From Candidatus Saccharimonadales bacterium (GTDB lineage: Bacteria > Patescibacteriota > Saccharimonadia > Saccharimonadales > JAYRRP01), in NCBI GenBank assembly GCA_041910055.1, contig JAYRRP010000003.1, positions 237,973 through 301,972 of the forward strand: DNA of 64,000 bases, given 5' to 3'. Below the pieces are notes generated by a model. That model did not search any database. It saw only the letters and a list, made by a program, of their open reading frames with translations, and was not told where the DNA came from. The translations under genes and the position numbers were made by a program. How positions within the stretch are numbered: position 1 is the first letter of the stretch; every line of letters begins with the position of its first letter. Positions 1-8,872 of the stretch are shown piece after piece.

Positions 1-1
1 C

Positions 2-148
2 CCTGAGGAAATTCTGTTCGTTGATGATAGCCGCGCCAATCTTATTCCTGCCCAGAAGCGCGGTTGGCATGTCATGTGGTTTAACGATTACGATTCAATC
101 GAGTCAACCGAACGGGTTCGGTCTTCACTCGAGCCAGCCGAAGACTAA
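2..148 (+). CDS. HAD-superfamily hydrolase, C-terminal fragment (5' end outside window)
   Basis: Open frame from the window edge translating PEEILFVDDSRANLIPAQKRGWHVMWF...; the FVDDS acidic motif resembles the last HAD motif. TAA at 146-148; 3' end overlaps the valS stop convergently. Confidence 0.45.
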   Translation, partial: PEEILFVDDSRANLIPAQKRGWHVMWFNDYDSIESTERVRSSLEPAED

Positions 149-2703
149 CTTTCGCGAATTCTAGCTAATTCGTTATCAATCTGGGTGTGGGCCGACTTCG
201 CTGCTGCTAGCTGGTCTTTAGTTTCTTGAACTAGAGCGGCAGGTGCGTTTTGTAAATACCGTTTGTTCGCTAAGCGTGCCTCAAGCTGGCCAATAAGTTT
301 GGCCTGCCCTTCCCTGTCTTTTTGTAGTTTCTGGATGTACGCATGAACAGTTTTATTGTCAACGTCGAGCCAGCTTTGAAAGCCGGTGGTAGGCAATTGG
401 AGTCCCCTACCCTCGCTGGTTTTGCGCACTTCTCCAAGCTTCGCGAGGCGCTTCACTATTTCGTGGTGGGTATCCAGAAGTGGAGAATTGTGCAATAAGA
501 CAGGTTGTGTAAGTCCCATCGCTTTTATGGTGCGCCGGCATTCTTTCACGAGATTTTGAACCACTTCAAATTCATGCGCCAAACGATGATTACCAGAGAT
601 GGGACGGGGCCAAGCAGAAATAATAAGTGGTTGGTCGCTCCAGCTAAGGAGTTGCCAGATAGTTTCGGTAACAAAGGGCGCAAATGGATGCAAGAGTGTA
701 AGAGTTGCTTCAAGCACATAGCGTAGCACTGATAAGTTGGCTTCTGATTTCGAAACCTCGATATACCAGTCCGCCAAGTCATCCCATACAAAGTGATAGA
801 GTTTTTCGTAGGCTTCGCTGAAGCGGAATTTATCCAAATCAGCAGTAACTACCCCTGTTATATGTTGTAACTTAGACAATATCCAGTGATCCGCTATCGT
901 TAATGGTTCGGGTTTGTCTGGAGGTACGGCGCCGCTAGACTTTGACTCGATAAAACGGGCAATATTCCATAATTTGTTGCAGAAGTTACGCGCATCCTGG
1001 ACTTTTCGAGGGTCGTACCCCCTATTTACACCGGCGGCTCTGCCGGCAACAACCCCCATCCGCAGCGCGTCGGAACCGTATTGATCAATGACCTCCATGG
1101 GGTCAATTACGTTACCTAAGGACTTGCTCATTTTGCTGCCGTCTTCGGCCATGACGTAGCCATGGATATACACAGCCTGGAACGGTACCTTGCCGGTTAC
1201 GTACAACCCCATCATTATCATGCGTGAGACCCATGGATATAAGATCTCCCCACCTGTTTCCATTAAGCTTAAGGGGTAAAACTGCTTGTAGTCCTTCCCT
1301 TCTGGGTAATCCAAGGTTGCGTAGGGCCATGAACTGCTGCTGAACCACGTATCAAAAACATCTGGGTCACGACGATAGGTATGGCCATTTACCTCTACCT
1401 CTTCTTTATTGACACGATCGTCAAATATCCAGTCGTCAGGATTATCTACGTTTTGGAAAGCCGGAATGGGAATACCCCACGCAATCTGGCGGCTGATATT
1501 CCAGTCTTTTAGCCCCTCAAGGTAGCGGATTAATTGGTCTTTTTTAGAATCAGGATAAAAGGTTATCTTCTCTGCCTTTAATTCTTTGATTGCGGCTTGG
1601 GCCAGCGGTTTCATGTCAACAAACCACTGTTCTTTGAGCAATGGTTCAATAACAGTTCCACATTTATAACAGTGGCCAACACTATGCCTATGTTGTTCTG
1701 ACTTGGCGAGGAACTTTCCTTTGGTAAGATCTTTTATAACACGCTGTCGGGCTTGTGATACCGTAAAGCCGCGATAGGTTTCTCCAGCGTGATTTGTCAT
1801 CTTACCTTCGTGGTCAATTACATTGATAAGTGGCAGGTCATGGCGCTGGGCTACTTCGTAGTCGTTTGGATCGTGTGCAGGTGTAATCTTTACGGCGCCA
1901 GTGCCAAAGGAAGTATCAACCATGTTATCAGCAATCACCGGGATTTCCCTGTTGGTTAGAGGCAAATGCACAGTTTTGCCAATGAATTGTTTGTACCGTT
2001 TGTCACGCGGGTTTACTGCCACTGCTACGTCACCCAGCATAGTTTCCGGGCGTGTAGTTGCAACTGTAACTTCCCCGTCGCCTTCGGTGAGTGGATAACG
2101 TATGTACCAGAGGTTGCCATCAATCTCTTTATACTCCACTTCAATATCAGCAAAGCCGGTACCATGAAACGTACAAAAATTAACAAGCCGCTCCCCTCTG
2201 TAGATCAACCCTTGATCCCACATTTTCTTGAAGGTGGCATAGGCACGCTTTACGATTTTTTCATCAAGGGTGAAGGTGTAACGATCCCAGTCAACACTTC
2301 CCCCTAAACGACGGAATTGGGTTTCGAAATTTGTGCGGTTTTGGGCAACAAAATCCCATATTTGTCGGTAAAGCTCTTCGCGGCTGAAGTCGAAGCGGCT
2401 CTTCCCTGCCTTAGCGAGATGTTTTTCGTATACCACTTGTGTTTCAAAGCCCGCATGATCGGCCCCTGGTACGAACAGGGTAGCCTTTCCAAGTAAGCGG
2501 TTATATCGGATAGCAATATCTTCCAGTGCCATGACCAGACCAAAACCAATATGGAGGTTTGCGTTGGCGTTCGGTGGAGGCACAACTATGCTGAAATACT
2601 CATTATTACCCCTGTGAACTGGGGCAAATGCCTGGCGTTCTTCCCAGAGCTGGTAAATCGTACTCTCGTGTTTCGCCGGTTCGTATGCTTTTGGCAATCT
2701 CAT
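145..2703 (-). CDS. valS: valyl-tRNA synthetase
   Basis: 852-aa ORF with class-I aaRS signatures (PPNANANLHIGF HIGH-type, GSKMSKSLGN KMSKS), an editing-domain-like middle and a C-terminal coiled coil typical of ValRS. Confidence 0.95.
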   Translation of the reverse strand: MRLPKAYEPAKHESTIYQLWEERQAFAPVHRGNNEYFSIVVPPPNANANLHIGFGLVMALEDIAIRYNRLLGKATLFVPGADHAGFETQVVYEKHLAKAGKSRFDFSREELYRQIWDFVAQNRTNFETQFRRLGGSVDWDRYTFTLDEKIVKRAYATFKKMWDQGLIYRGERLVNFCTFHGTGFADIEVEYKEIDGNLWYIRYPLTEGDGEVTVATTRPETMLGDVAVAVNPRDKRYKQFIGKTVHLPLTNREIPVIADNMVDTSFGTGAVKITPAHDPNDYEVAQRHDLPLINVIDHEGKMTNHAGETYRGFTVSQARQRVIKDLTKGKFLAKSEQHRHSVGHCYKCGTVIEPLLKEQWFVDMKPLAQAAIKELKAEKITFYPDSKKDQLIRYLEGLKDWNISRQIAWGIPIPAFQNVDNPDDWIFDDRVNKEEVEVNGHTYRRDPDVFDTWFSSSSWPYATLDYPEGKDYKQFYPLSLMETGGEILYPWVSRMIMMGLYVTGKVPFQAVYIHGYVMAEDGSKMSKSLGNVIDPMEVIDQYGSDALRMGVVAGRAAGVNRGYDPRKVQDARNFCNKLWNIARFIESKSSGAVPPDKPEPLTIADHWILSKLQHITGVVTADLDKFRFSEAYEKLYHFVWDDLADWYIEVSKSEANLSVLRYVLEATLTLLHPFAPFVTETIWQLLSWSDQPLIISAWPRPISGNHRLAHEFEVVQNLVKECRRTIKAMGLTQPVLLHNSPLLDTHHEIVKRLAKLGEVRKTSEGRGLQLPTTGFQSWLDVDNKTVHAYIQKLQKDREGQAKLIGQLEARLANKRYLQNAPAALVQETKDQLAAAKSAHTQIDNELARIRES

Positions 2704-2741
2704 AGTTTAAACGCTGTTCTTTACACCTATCAGATTTAGTC

Positions 2742-2750
2742 ATCATACCA
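2742..2750 (-). promoter_or_regulatory. extended -10 element (TGgTATGAT) upstream of valS
   Basis: Minus strand reads TGGTATGAT about 38 nt upstream of the valS ATG, directly downstream of a minus-strand terminator. Confidence 0.45.
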
Positions 2751-2760
2751 CCCTACCACT

Positions 2761-2790
2761 GAAAAATAAAAAAACTGCCTCTGGCAGTTT
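2761..2790 (-). terminator. intrinsic terminator (minus strand)
   Basis: Minus strand reads AAACTGCC-AGA-GGCAGTTT followed by TTTTTATTTTT: an 8-bp stem, 3-nt loop and U-tract. Confidence 0.6.
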
Positions 2791-2899
2791 CATGTGAAAA
2801 GTACAAACAATAACAAGGGTTTGTTTTTTCAGAAACCCTCAAAACATTGCCCACCGTTTCTACTTTTGGTCGCCTGCACCAAGCTAATTAAATAACTTA

Positions 2900-2941
2900 G
2901 TGCTCTCCCGCCCGAAAGCGGGAGGGCACGGTTTTTGTTTT
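2900..2941 (+). terminator. strong intrinsic terminator hairpin (plus-strand T-tract; A-tract on the other side)
   Basis: GTGCTCTCCCGC-CCGAAA-GCGGGAGGGCAC forms a 12-bp stem with one mismatch, followed by GGTTTTTGTTTT. Confidence 0.7.
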
Positions 2942-3018
2942 CAAGGCTAAGCATAACCCCAAAAATACGAACGCGCAATATTGACAATGGTAATCATAAG
3001 TGTTATCGTAGCCGCTTG

Positions 3019-3381
3019 ATGAATCATAATATTTTTCCTTCCATCTCTTCAGCTCCAGAGGTCATTCAAACATTACCTGAAAATAATTATGAGCAAGTGG
3101 TTCACAAGGTAGTCGGCGAATTTACCTGGCAAGAGCTAGACGCTGGCAGCGGAATTTTCCAAGATAATGGAGGCGAACTGTCGAATTTGCAGGCCATAGA
3201 GCTAATCAATAATGCACATGGTGCCCAAGGGGTGTTCCTTTCTGCGAATGGTTATTTGAGTCCAGAAGGGCACCAATACAATAGAGAGGTGACCCGTGAA
3301 ATTGAATTTGCTCGTAGGCCACGCGACCCATCTCTCTACAAAGTCGCAGTTGTGGCGAGATACCCTGGCAACCTGTCTTAA
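3019..3381 (+). CDS. hypothetical protein (120 aa)
   Basis: Balanced amino-acid composition (MNHNIFPSISSAPEVIQ...). TTGACA(2981-2986)-17 nt-TATCGT(3004-3009) lies 9 nt before ATG 3019. The upstream part of the tracked ORF (TTG 2935) overlaps the terminator and is unlikely to be coding. Confidence 0.4.
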   Translation: MNHNIFPSISSAPEVIQTLPENNYEQVVHKVVGEFTWQELDAGSGIFQDNGGELSNLQAIELINNAHGAQGVFLSANGYLSPEGHQYNREVTREIEFARRPRDPSLYKVAVVARYPGNLS

Positions 3382-3393
3382 AAACAACCTAAA

Positions 3394-4482
3394 CTACATA
3401 GAGAGGTTAGGGGAGACATTTAAGCTATAAGGGTCGGCGAGTGGTTGTCGACATTGAGCCATAAAGCCGCCTAAGGCGGCGATCATCGCTCCGTTATCGG
3501 TACATAATTTTGGATCAGTGAAATGGGCAGGCAATGGCAGACGTGCTTTCAACTGGTGGCGCAACTCCTGGTTAGCAGCCACTCCGCCAGCAATTACAAC
3601 GCTGGCTGGTTTAAACTCTTCATAAGCCTGGAGGGTTTTATCTATAACTGTTTCGACGGCGGTATACTGGAAGCTCGCCGCAAAATCCGCTTTCTGTGCA
3701 GCATCCAGGAGCTCTGAGAGCTTGAATGAGGGAAATTCGTAACTTTTATCGCACTCAGCTTGCACGCGTCTAAGAACGGCTGTTTTAAGCCCAGAAAAAC
3801 TGAAATCATATTTATCTTTGGTTTTGGCTTTCGGTAAGCTATAGACATTAGGATTACCGGCTTGAGCTGCCTGGCTAATACTGGGTCCACCAGGGTAGGG
3901 AAGGCCAAGGATTTTTGCAACTTTATCAAAGGCTTCGCCAATGGCATCATCATGTGTTTGGCCTAGCAGCGTGTAATTAAAATAGTCCTTAAACAGGGCT
4001 AGTTGCGTGTGGCCACCGCTGACAATTAAGGCCAGCATAGGGAAACGGGGCGGCTGAGAGGGAAGTCGGTAACCTTTTAGAGGGGTGTCGGTAATAAAAT
4101 TGGCGTAAACATGTCCCATCACATGATTACAGGCATAGAGGGCTTTTTGGTGCACAATGGCGAGAGTGCGGGCAGCCATTACCCCAACCAATAAGCTGCC
4201 TCCTAATCCTGCTCCATAGGTAACCGCGATAGCGTCGATATTTTGCCAATGTTTTTGTAGAGAACCTTCAGGAAGGTCAGGGAAGGCTTCCTTGAGCGCT
4301 TGGTTAATGACAGGGTTGATAGATTCGATGTGGCTGCGGGCGGCAATTTCCGGCACAACACCGCCATATTGGGCATGCAAATCTAAAGAAGTGGCGACAA
4401 CATTACTTAAAAGTCGCTGGCCGTTTTCGACGACAGCTGCACTTGTTTCATCGCAACTAGTCTCAATCCCTAATATTTTCAT
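3394..4482 (-). CDS. tsaD: tRNA N6-adenosine threonylcarbamoyltransferase
   Basis: N-terminus MKILGIETSCDETSAAVV and HxxGH-type metal site (NHVMGHVYA) typical of the Kae1/TsaD family; 362 aa. Confidence 0.93.
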   Translation of the reverse strand: MKILGIETSCDETSAAVVENGQRLLSNVVATSLDLHAQYGGVVPEIAARSHIESINPVINQALKEAFPDLPEGSLQKHWQNIDAIAVTYGAGLGGSLLVGVMAARTLAIVHQKALYACNHVMGHVYANFITDTPLKGYRLPSQPPRFPMLALIVSGGHTQLALFKDYFNYTLLGQTHDDAIGEAFDKVAKILGLPYPGGPSISQAAQAGNPNVYSLPKAKTKDKYDFSFSGLKTAVLRRVQAECDKSYEFPSFKLSELLDAAQKADFAASFQYTAVETVIDKTLQAYEEFKPASVVIAGGVAANQELRHQLKARLPLPAHFTDPKLCTDNGAMIAALGGFMAQCRQPLADPYSLNVSPNLSM

Positions 4483-4491
4483 TAGATGCTT

Positions 4492-4499
4492 AGTATACT
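4492..4499. promoter_or_regulatory. palindromic AGTATACT forming face-to-face -10 boxes for tsaD and the murE-like gene
   Basis: TATACT on plus (4494-4499) lies 9 nt before ATG 4509. TATACT on minus (4492-4497) lies 9 nt before ATG 4482. The whole intergenic gap is only 26 bp. Confidence 0.55.
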
Positions 4500-4508
4500 T
4501 GAATTACG

Positions 4509-5804
4509 ATGGCACTGCGTCGAATTGCAAAAAAGCTAATTCCTAAGAAGGTATTTCCGAAGGTTGAACAGCAAGGACACCTAGCGGAAGCTGTATTTCT
4601 TAATACAGTAAACCAATTTCCGGCTCGTGACTTGAAGGTTATAGGGGTGACAGGCACCAATGGTAAAACGACCACCTGCTTTTTGATTCATAAAATGTTA
4701 GAGAAAGCTGGTTATAAAGTAGGGCTGATGACCACTGTAGCTTATGGCAGTGGACAGAACATTCGGCCGCAAATTGAGCACATGACTAACGTGCCCGTGC
4801 CGCAACTGATGCGACGTATTAAAGAGCTAAAAGCAGAAGGAATAGAGTGGCTGGTGCTCGAAACTACCAGTCATGCGCTCGCCCAAAACAGGGTGTGGGG
4901 TATTCCGTATTCCATTGCGGTGATGACCAATATTACACACGAGCATTTGGACTATCACGGTACGTTTGAAAATTACCGGGACGCAAAGAAAAAATTATTT
5001 ACATTATGTAACCGCAATCAGAAGGGTTTGCAGGCGGGCATTATTAATGCTGAAGATCCAAGTGCTGAGCTCTTTGCCGGTGCGATTAAGCATCCAGTAA
5101 TGTACGGAGTTGATAAGGGTGATATCCGGGCAAATGACTTAGAGCTCAGTCCTTTAGGCAGTTCATTTTCAGTGGTGGCCGGTGACGAACACTATAAAAT
5201 TACTTGTCACTTACCCGGGAACTTCAATGTCTATAACTCACTGGCGGCAGTAGCCGTAGGACGAGCGGTAGGGCTTACCAAAACACAAATAGAACAGGGA
5301 ATTGCCGCGCTGGAGGGGGTGGAAGGCAGGATGACGCGGATTAATGAAGGTCAGGATTTTGCGGTTATCGTGGATTTTGCTCACACGCCAGATAGTTTTG
5401 AGAAATTATTCAAGGACTTACGCCCGGTGGCGAAGGGGAAGCTTATTGCTATGTTTGGTTCGGCAGGCCGGCGTGATGAAACTAAACGGACAATCCAGGG
5501 TGAGTTGGCGGGCAGATATTGCGATGAGGTGATAGTAACAGAAGAAGATGATCGGGATGTGGATGGCATCGAAATTATGAACCAGATTGCTAAAGGTGCT
5601 GAGAAAGTGGGTAAAGTAAGAGAGAGAGATTTATTCCTGGTTCACGACCGCACTGAGGCGATCAGTTTTTCTATTAATCGTGCCAAAAAGGGCGATACAG
5701 TGTTGTTATTAGGTAAGGGTCACGAGAAAACCATTGAACGTGCCGATGGTGAACACCCTTGGGATGAGATATCAACTGCTCATCAAGCGTTAAAGAGAAT
5801 GTAA
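4509..5804 (+). CDS. murE: Mur ligase family protein (UDP-MurNAc-tripeptide synthetase, MurE-like, short N-terminus)
   Basis: P-loop GVTGTNGKTTT, ETTSHAL, NITHEHLDYHG and C-terminal GKGHE motifs typical of Mur ligases. Confidence 0.8.
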   Translation: MALRRIAKKLIPKKVFPKVEQQGHLAEAVFLNTVNQFPARDLKVIGVTGTNGKTTTCFLIHKMLEKAGYKVGLMTTVAYGSGQNIRPQIEHMTNVPVPQLMRRIKELKAEGIEWLVLETTSHALAQNRVWGIPYSIAVMTNITHEHLDYHGTFENYRDAKKKLFTLCNRNQKGLQAGIINAEDPSAELFAGAIKHPVMYGVDKGDIRANDLELSPLGSSFSVVAGDEHYKITCHLPGNFNVYNSLAAVAVGRAVGLTKTQIEQGIAALEGVEGRMTRINEGQDFAVIVDFAHTPDSFEKLFKDLRPVAKGKLIAMFGSAGRRDETKRTIQGELAGRYCDEVIVTEEDDRDVDGIEIMNQIAKGAEKVGKVRERDLFLVHDRTEAISFSINRAKKGDTVLLLGKGHEKTIERADGEHPWDEISTAHQALKRM

Positions 5805-5807
5805 CCT

Positions 5808-6605
5808 TTAAGAGCGTAGTTCCAGGGTAAGGCATTTGACGCCGCCCCCAGATTTTTGGAATTCACCGATAGGAGTAGGGAAGACCTGCATACCTTTTTG
5901 CTTGTAGGTGTCAATTAAGCCGGTGGCACGGTCGCTGAGCACGATATTATGTCCGTCACTCATAGCGTTTAAGCCATAGGCATAGGCATCTTCGTGGCTA
6001 GATTCAATGACATTTGGAACCACTGCGTGAATATCTCTCAGGCTCTCTGCGCTGAAAAGAGAAGGGTAAAGGGCGACAGTTTCTTTATCGACAATCGTAA
6101 GAGCAGTATCGAGATGGTAAAAACTGGCATTCGTGAGCTGCAAACTGATGACTTTGTATCCGAAAAACTCGGCAATTTCACGATGGGCAGCTTTATCGCT
6201 ACGCCATGGATAACCAGCAAAAATTATATCGTTCCAAACTAGAGCATCACCTTCGCCTTCGAAATCTGCTTTTGGTTTGAAAATATCGCTATAGCCAGCG
6301 GACTTGAACCATTTGTCATCATATTCGGTTTCTGGTTGACGTTCAGGAGAGCGAAATTGACTGAGGGCTACCTTACTACCGATAACTAGGCCAGCATTTG
6401 CGGTAAAAACCATATCCGGCAGATGCTCAATAGGGGGCTGCAACTTAACATTCCAGCCGAGCTTATCTTTGTAGATTGATGATAGCTGCTGCCACTGCAA
6501 GCGGGCCACATTACTATTTATCTGGTTGTTGGTGTGCATCCAAGGGTTGATTTCGTACTCAATATCAAAAAAATCGGGCGCACACATAAGCACAGATAAA
6601 GGCAT
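5808..6605 (-). CDS. amidinotransferase/DDAH-type (pentein superfamily) enzyme
   Basis: C-terminal GGGVKCLT catalytic-Cys motif and pentein-like layout. Start moved to ATG 6605 (MPLSV...), which lies 7 nt after a minus-strand TATACT (6613-6618). Confidence 0.7.
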   Translation of the reverse strand: MPLSVLMCAPDFFDIEYEINPWMHTNNQINSNVARLQWQQLSSIYKDKLGWNVKLQPPIEHLPDMVFTANAGLVIGSKVALSQFRSPERQPETEYDDKWFKSAGYSDIFKPKADFEGEGDALVWNDIIFAGYPWRSDKAAHREIAEFFGYKVISLQLTNASFYHLDTALTIVDKETVALYPSLFSAESLRDIHAVVPNVIESSHEDAYAYGLNAMSDGHNIVLSDRATGLIDTYKQKGMQVFPTPIGEFQKSGGGVKCLTLELRS

Positions 6606-6666
6606 AACCATAAGTATATAACACTGTGAAACCGTAGCGGATGTGAGAGTATATCAGCATCATCGC

Positions 6667-6696
6667 TTGACAGGACTTTTGGCAATCGGCTAGTAT
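6667..6696 (+). promoter_or_regulatory. groESL promoter (TTGACA-18 nt-TAGTAT)
   Basis: TTGACA at 6667-6672 and TAGTAT at 6691-6696, immediately upstream of the CIRCE element. Confidence 0.6.
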
Positions 6697-6735
6697 GAGT
6701 GCTGAAAGTTAGCACTCGTTATCATAAAGTGCTAA
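6697..6735 (+). promoter_or_regulatory. CIRCE (HrcA operator) with an extra upstream half-site
   Basis: TTAGCACTC-N9-AAGTGCTAA at 6709-6735 matches the CIRCE consensus TTAGCACTC-N9-GAGTGCTAA at 17 of 18 positions. An additional GAGTGCTGA sits at 6697-6705. Confidence 0.8.
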
Positions 6736-6771
6736 CGACCTCAATAAAGGTATAGTAATGAAGGAGGAGTT

Positions 6772-7038
6772 ATGAGCGCAAAAATCAGTCCCTTAGCGGA
6801 TTATGTGGTGGCTCAATCTGAAGAGCCAGAAACTAAAACCGCCAGCGGACTTTACTTGCCAGGCAATGCACAGGAAAAGCCGAAAGTTGCCAAGGTGCTG
6901 TCGGTGGGTAAAGATGTAAAACAAGTAAAAACCGGTGATCGGATTATTTATAAAAGTTACAGTACTACCGATGTAAAAGTTGGCAGTGACGAGTACATCT
7001 TGGTTAAAGAAGAAGATATTTTGGCAACAGTAAAGTAG
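6772..7038 (+). CDS. groES: co-chaperonin GroES
   Basis: 88 aa with SD AAGGAGG. Sequence PLADYVV...KTASGLYLP...GKV..VG is typical Cpn10. Confidence 0.95.
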   Translation: MSAKISPLADYVVAQSEEPETKTASGLYLPGNAQEKPKVAKVLSVGKDVKQVKTGDRIIYKSYSTTDVKVGSDEYILVKEEDILATVK

Positions 7039-7048
7039 GAGGAATTAG

Positions 7049-8719
7049 ATGGCAAAGAAAGTATTTTATGACGAGGATGCCCGCCGACGCGTACTTGGCG
7101 GCGCCCAAGCACTCTATGACGCAGTCAAAACAACTATGGGTCCGAAAGGCCGCAATGTAGTTATTAGTAAAAGCTATGGCAATCCAACTGTAACGCACGA
7201 TGGGGTGACGGTTGCCAAAGGTGTTGAACTTGAAGACGTTGATGACGAAACATTGGGCTATAAGGTTGGCGCCGAACTTATTAAACAAGCAGCAAGCAAA
7301 ATGAACGATATGGCTGGCGACGGAACTACCACCGTAACTGTCCTTACATACCACTTACTAAATGAAGCAAATAAGCTCATTGCAGCTGGCCACAACCCTA
7401 TGCAACTCAGAAAAGGTCTGGAAGCTGCTGCACACACCGTGCTTACGAAGTTGGACAGTTTGTCAGAAGACATTAAGGACAAGAAATCCCGTGTGGCTGA
7501 GGTAGCAACAATTAGTGCTGGTGATGCTGAGATTGGCTCTTTGATAGCTGATGTGATTGAGAAAGTCGGCAAGGAAGGGGTTGTGACAGTTGAAGAAGGT
7601 CAGGGTCTCAATCTAGAGAGTGAAGTAGTCGAGGGCTTTACGATGGATCGTGGCTTCGTGAGTCCATACATGGTAAGCGATACTGCCCGTATGGAAGCAG
7701 CTGTTGATAAGCCAGCTATTGTGATAACCGACAAAAAGATCAGCTCTATACAAGAGTTTTTACCCTTACTTGAAAAACTAGCCCAAGCTGGCAAGAAGGA
7801 TCTGGTGCTTATTGCCGAAGATGTAGAGGGTGAGGCTCTCGCGACGTTGGTACTCAATAAACTCAAAGGTGTCTTTAACACCGTAGCAGTCAAAGCACCA
7901 GCATATGGCGATCGACGAAAGGATGTCTTGCAAGATATCGCGGTACTAACTGGTGCGACTGTTATTACAGAGGATCGTGGTTATACTTTTGAAAATGCCG
8001 AGTTAGATATGGTTGGTAGTGCCCGAAAAATAATTGTCACTAAAGATGACACGACAATTATTGAAGGAGGCGGGAATACCACTGAGGTGAGTGCTCGTAT
8101 TGACCAAATTGCTCACCAAGTTGCTGTAGCGACAAGTGAGTATGACAAAGAAAACCTTGAGAAGCGTCGTGCTGCGTTAAGTGGCAAGGTAGCGGTGATT
8201 AAGGTAGGTGGAGCTACTGAGACAGAAATTGAGGAAAAGAAGTTTCGGGTTGATGATGCGGTAGCGGCAGTGAAAGCTGCCCTTGATGAGGGCGTGGTGC
8301 CAGGTGGGGGCGTAACGCTTGTTAACTTAGCTGACGCTGTCGGCCAAGTCCAAAAAGCTGCTGCGCGTGCTGAGGATGATGCGCTTAGTAATGGTAAGTC
8401 TCTTTTGAAGCGGGCTTTGGAGCAACCATTCCGTATTCTGCTGACAAATTCAGGATTAAATGCTGACGAATGGCTGCCAGCAGTACGGTCAGCCAAAGTA
8501 GGACAGGGTATTGACGTGAATAATTCTGGTAAACTAGTGGATCTGAAGTCCAAAGGTATTGTTGATCCGACTAGAGTTACCAAAGAAGCAATCCAAAACG
8601 CTGTTTCTATCGCCGGTACGGCTATGACAATGGGCGCGTTGGTAGTAGACATTCCAGAAAAAGAACCAGCTGTACCTGCCGGTGGTGGTATGCCAGGCGG
8701 TGGCATGGGAATGATGTAA
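7049..8719 (+). CDS. groEL: chaperonin GroEL
   Basis: 556 aa, AKKVFYDEDAR..., GDGTTT motif, C-terminal GGMPGGGMGMM tail, SD AGGAGG. Confidence 0.97.
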   Translation: MAKKVFYDEDARRRVLGGAQALYDAVKTTMGPKGRNVVISKSYGNPTVTHDGVTVAKGVELEDVDDETLGYKVGAELIKQAASKMNDMAGDGTTTVTVLTYHLLNEANKLIAAGHNPMQLRKGLEAAAHTVLTKLDSLSEDIKDKKSRVAEVATISAGDAEIGSLIADVIEKVGKEGVVTVEEGQGLNLESEVVEGFTMDRGFVSPYMVSDTARMEAAVDKPAIVITDKKISSIQEFLPLLEKLAQAGKKDLVLIAEDVEGEALATLVLNKLKGVFNTVAVKAPAYGDRRKDVLQDIAVLTGATVITEDRGYTFENAELDMVGSARKIIVTKDDTTIIEGGGNTTEVSARIDQIAHQVAVATSEYDKENLEKRRAALSGKVAVIKVGGATETEIEEKKFRVDDAVAAVKAALDEGVVPGGGVTLVNLADAVGQVQKAAARAEDDALSNGKSLLKRALEQPFRILLTNSGLNADEWLPAVRSAKVGQGIDVNNSGKLVDLKSKGIVDPTRVTKEAIQNAVSIAGTAMTMGALVVDIPEKEPAVPAGGGMPGGGMGMM

Positions 8720-8872
8720 CAAAAAAGAGACACCTAGCTAGTTTGCATCAGTAATCATAGCTATTGATTGTGTGAACGTGGTGGCGGAGACGTGACCAGT
8801 TATGCTTACTACATTATGTTGCAAGGAAAGCTATTTTGTCCTATTATTTGGTTACTAAGTTGGGAGTAACAC

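Noticed and set aside
2746-2754. The minus strand reads AGGGTGGTA upstream of valS, resembling the T-box consensus AGGGTGGNACCGCG.
   Set aside because: Only the first 9 nt match. It lies downstream of the terminator hairpin rather than 5' of it, and no Stem I/specifier structure is visible. It is better explained as the extended -10 TGGTATGAT.
2935-3018. The N-terminal 28 codons of the tracked ORF 2935-3381 (TTG start).
   Set aside because: This segment overlaps the terminator T-tract and contains the TTGACA/TATCGT promoter. The internal ATG 3019 is the more plausible start.
8113-8733. 206-aa antisense ORF inside groEL. Similar long antisense ORFs occur at 59000-59800 in ftsK, 50325-50723 in the Pro-rich gene and 54774-55217 in pnp.
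   Set aside because: These are shadow ORFs opposite strongly supported genes. Their low-complexity Ala/Ser/Thr/Pro composition is typical of antisense frames.
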